A program made the position numbers and the translations under genes. Shown piece by piece: positions 62,494-64,000 of a stretch of DNA of 64,000 bases; the first letter of the stretch is position 1, and every line of letters starts with the position of its first letter. Source of the DNA: Styela clava (Eukaryota); assembly GCF_964204865.1 (NCBI RefSeq), contig NC_135256.1:21266001-21330000 (forward strand), written 5' to 3'. The notes under the pieces were generated by a model, which worked only from the letters and a program-made list of their open reading frames with translations, searched no databases and was not told the origin of the DNA.

Positions 62494-64000
62494 TAAGTTA
62501 TAGGTGACGTAACAATTGAAATTTGTGCAGCCATCTATCACTTTATCACGCAGACAAATTTTAAGGAATGACTGTAAACATCGGCGCATTTCCATACCAT
62601 TTTTTGTCAGGTTGCAATAGACTAGCTTATACTTAGCTATCGATGTTGTTAATGGCAAAATGATGGTTGTGAACAATGAACATACGCGCCAGTTTGTAAA
62701 AACTGGGGTCAAGGTGGGACAGAATTTGCTGGACTATGTCTAAAAGTATAAGGTTATTTTGGCCATAATCAGCATGGCAGGTGATGAACTAAAAGGATAC
62801 AAATACAATGGGTAAAATGTGATTATAGAATTTATTGATCCAATAAAACAACGGAGATATTTTGATGTTCTTGGGGAGGAAATGTGACTTTGCATTTGGT
62901 GTAGTTTCAGCAATATCGTTATTTAGTATTATTTATAGTACTAATTAATCAATACTAGTACTATTAGTATAATATTACTCACTTGAAAATATTTGGGAAA
63001 TATTCAATTCATCCCAGCCGTTTAAGGATTGTCGAAATATAATCCACATTTCCAAAGTAGGAAACAGAAGTGAGCAATGTAAAAAGTCTATTGATGCCAA
63101 ATGGAAATTTTTTTGAACATCGACTTCTTCTTAGCTATTAGTATTTTTGCGCGGCACCTTGCTAAATGTTTAGAATGAAAATGGGAGTTTTGAACATGTA
63201 AACCAGTTTGTAAGCGCCAAACGCAACACCCATAAGATATTACGCAATTGTATATTTCCCATGTCCATTTTGAAGTAGCCTAATCCCGTGAAATTAGAAC
63301 TCTTATTCCTTGTCTGAACTCAATGTCTATAAATGAAAAAAAAAAATTTCGTGCTCACACCTTTGATAATCAATATATTACAATATCTACCCCTAAGTAC
63401 CATACTGCCCTAATTTAATTATATTTTACTTTTAATACATTCAATAATAAATGTAATCTGGACTATAACTTGACTTTTATTTGATGGATGAAGTGGTCTA
63501 CAACCTTCCTGCCGGTCCGCCAAATATATTCCAATACTAAACCCCATTGCTAAATGCAAAGCATTAATGGCCTGCCCATTTATTTTGTGAATTTTAACTT
63601 CTATTGATGCGTAAACCAAACTTCGCCACCAGAGGTCCTACGCCCATTTAAAAGAATATCCTGAGCTCATTGACTAGCCATTAAATTACTGCTGTTTTTG
63701 TAAAACTTGCCTATGGGATAAAAGCTTTTCGTCGTTATCTTGCATCGAAACCAAACATAGGTTCGCACCGGTCCATAAACTAAAAACCGTTTTCACTACT
63801 GGTGTCTAGATAAATAAACGTAAAAAAAACTAAAGAGCACACATACTAGGGGACAATCCAGTCAATGCTGAAATTGTAAACCCGTGTAGCCTATAAACTA
63901 ACAAATTAAATTGCCAACTATTATTCTGCTATATTCTGTCAAATAATTTTTTTTAATATGTGATTTATCTGAAGTATCTCGCGTTTTCCTACTTTAATAT

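Noticed and set aside
63700-63716. Third GC donor (ag|gcaagt, minus strand) as another variable first exon of the tetraspan gene
   Set aside because: Upstream sequence encodes no TM1/W-G-C-C loop in the required phase.

Overview
AT-rich eukaryotic (invertebrate, plausibly ascidian/tunicate; inferred) genomic DNA with spliceosomal introns, so most short ORFs in the six-frame track are noise. Eight protein-coding loci were assembled by hand from splice sites and reading phase. Three closely spaced + strand housekeeping genes come first: the GEMIN8 last exon, N6AMT1/HEMK2 with an intronless CDS, and 3-exon MICOS13/QIL1. Next is a head-to-head pair of divergent heparan-sulfate 3-O-sulfotransferase-like genes. 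An 18-coding-exon M13 (neprilysin/ECE-like) metallopeptidase has an unusually long cytoplasmic N-terminus. Converging on it is a single-LDLa type I membrane protein with convertase-like sites. Finally, a PMP22/EMP/claudin-superfamily tetraspan gene has two duplicated, alternative first coding exons (TM1+ECL1), both using GC donors onto shared constant exons. Introns and intergenic DNA contain a tRNA-derived SINE family, hAT and Tc1/pogo-type MITEs, Helentron/DINE-1-like elements, two L1/Tx1-type LINE 3' fragments and an internally deleted Academ-type (XPG nuclease) DNA transposon. All identifications rest on motif recognition; no database searches were run.
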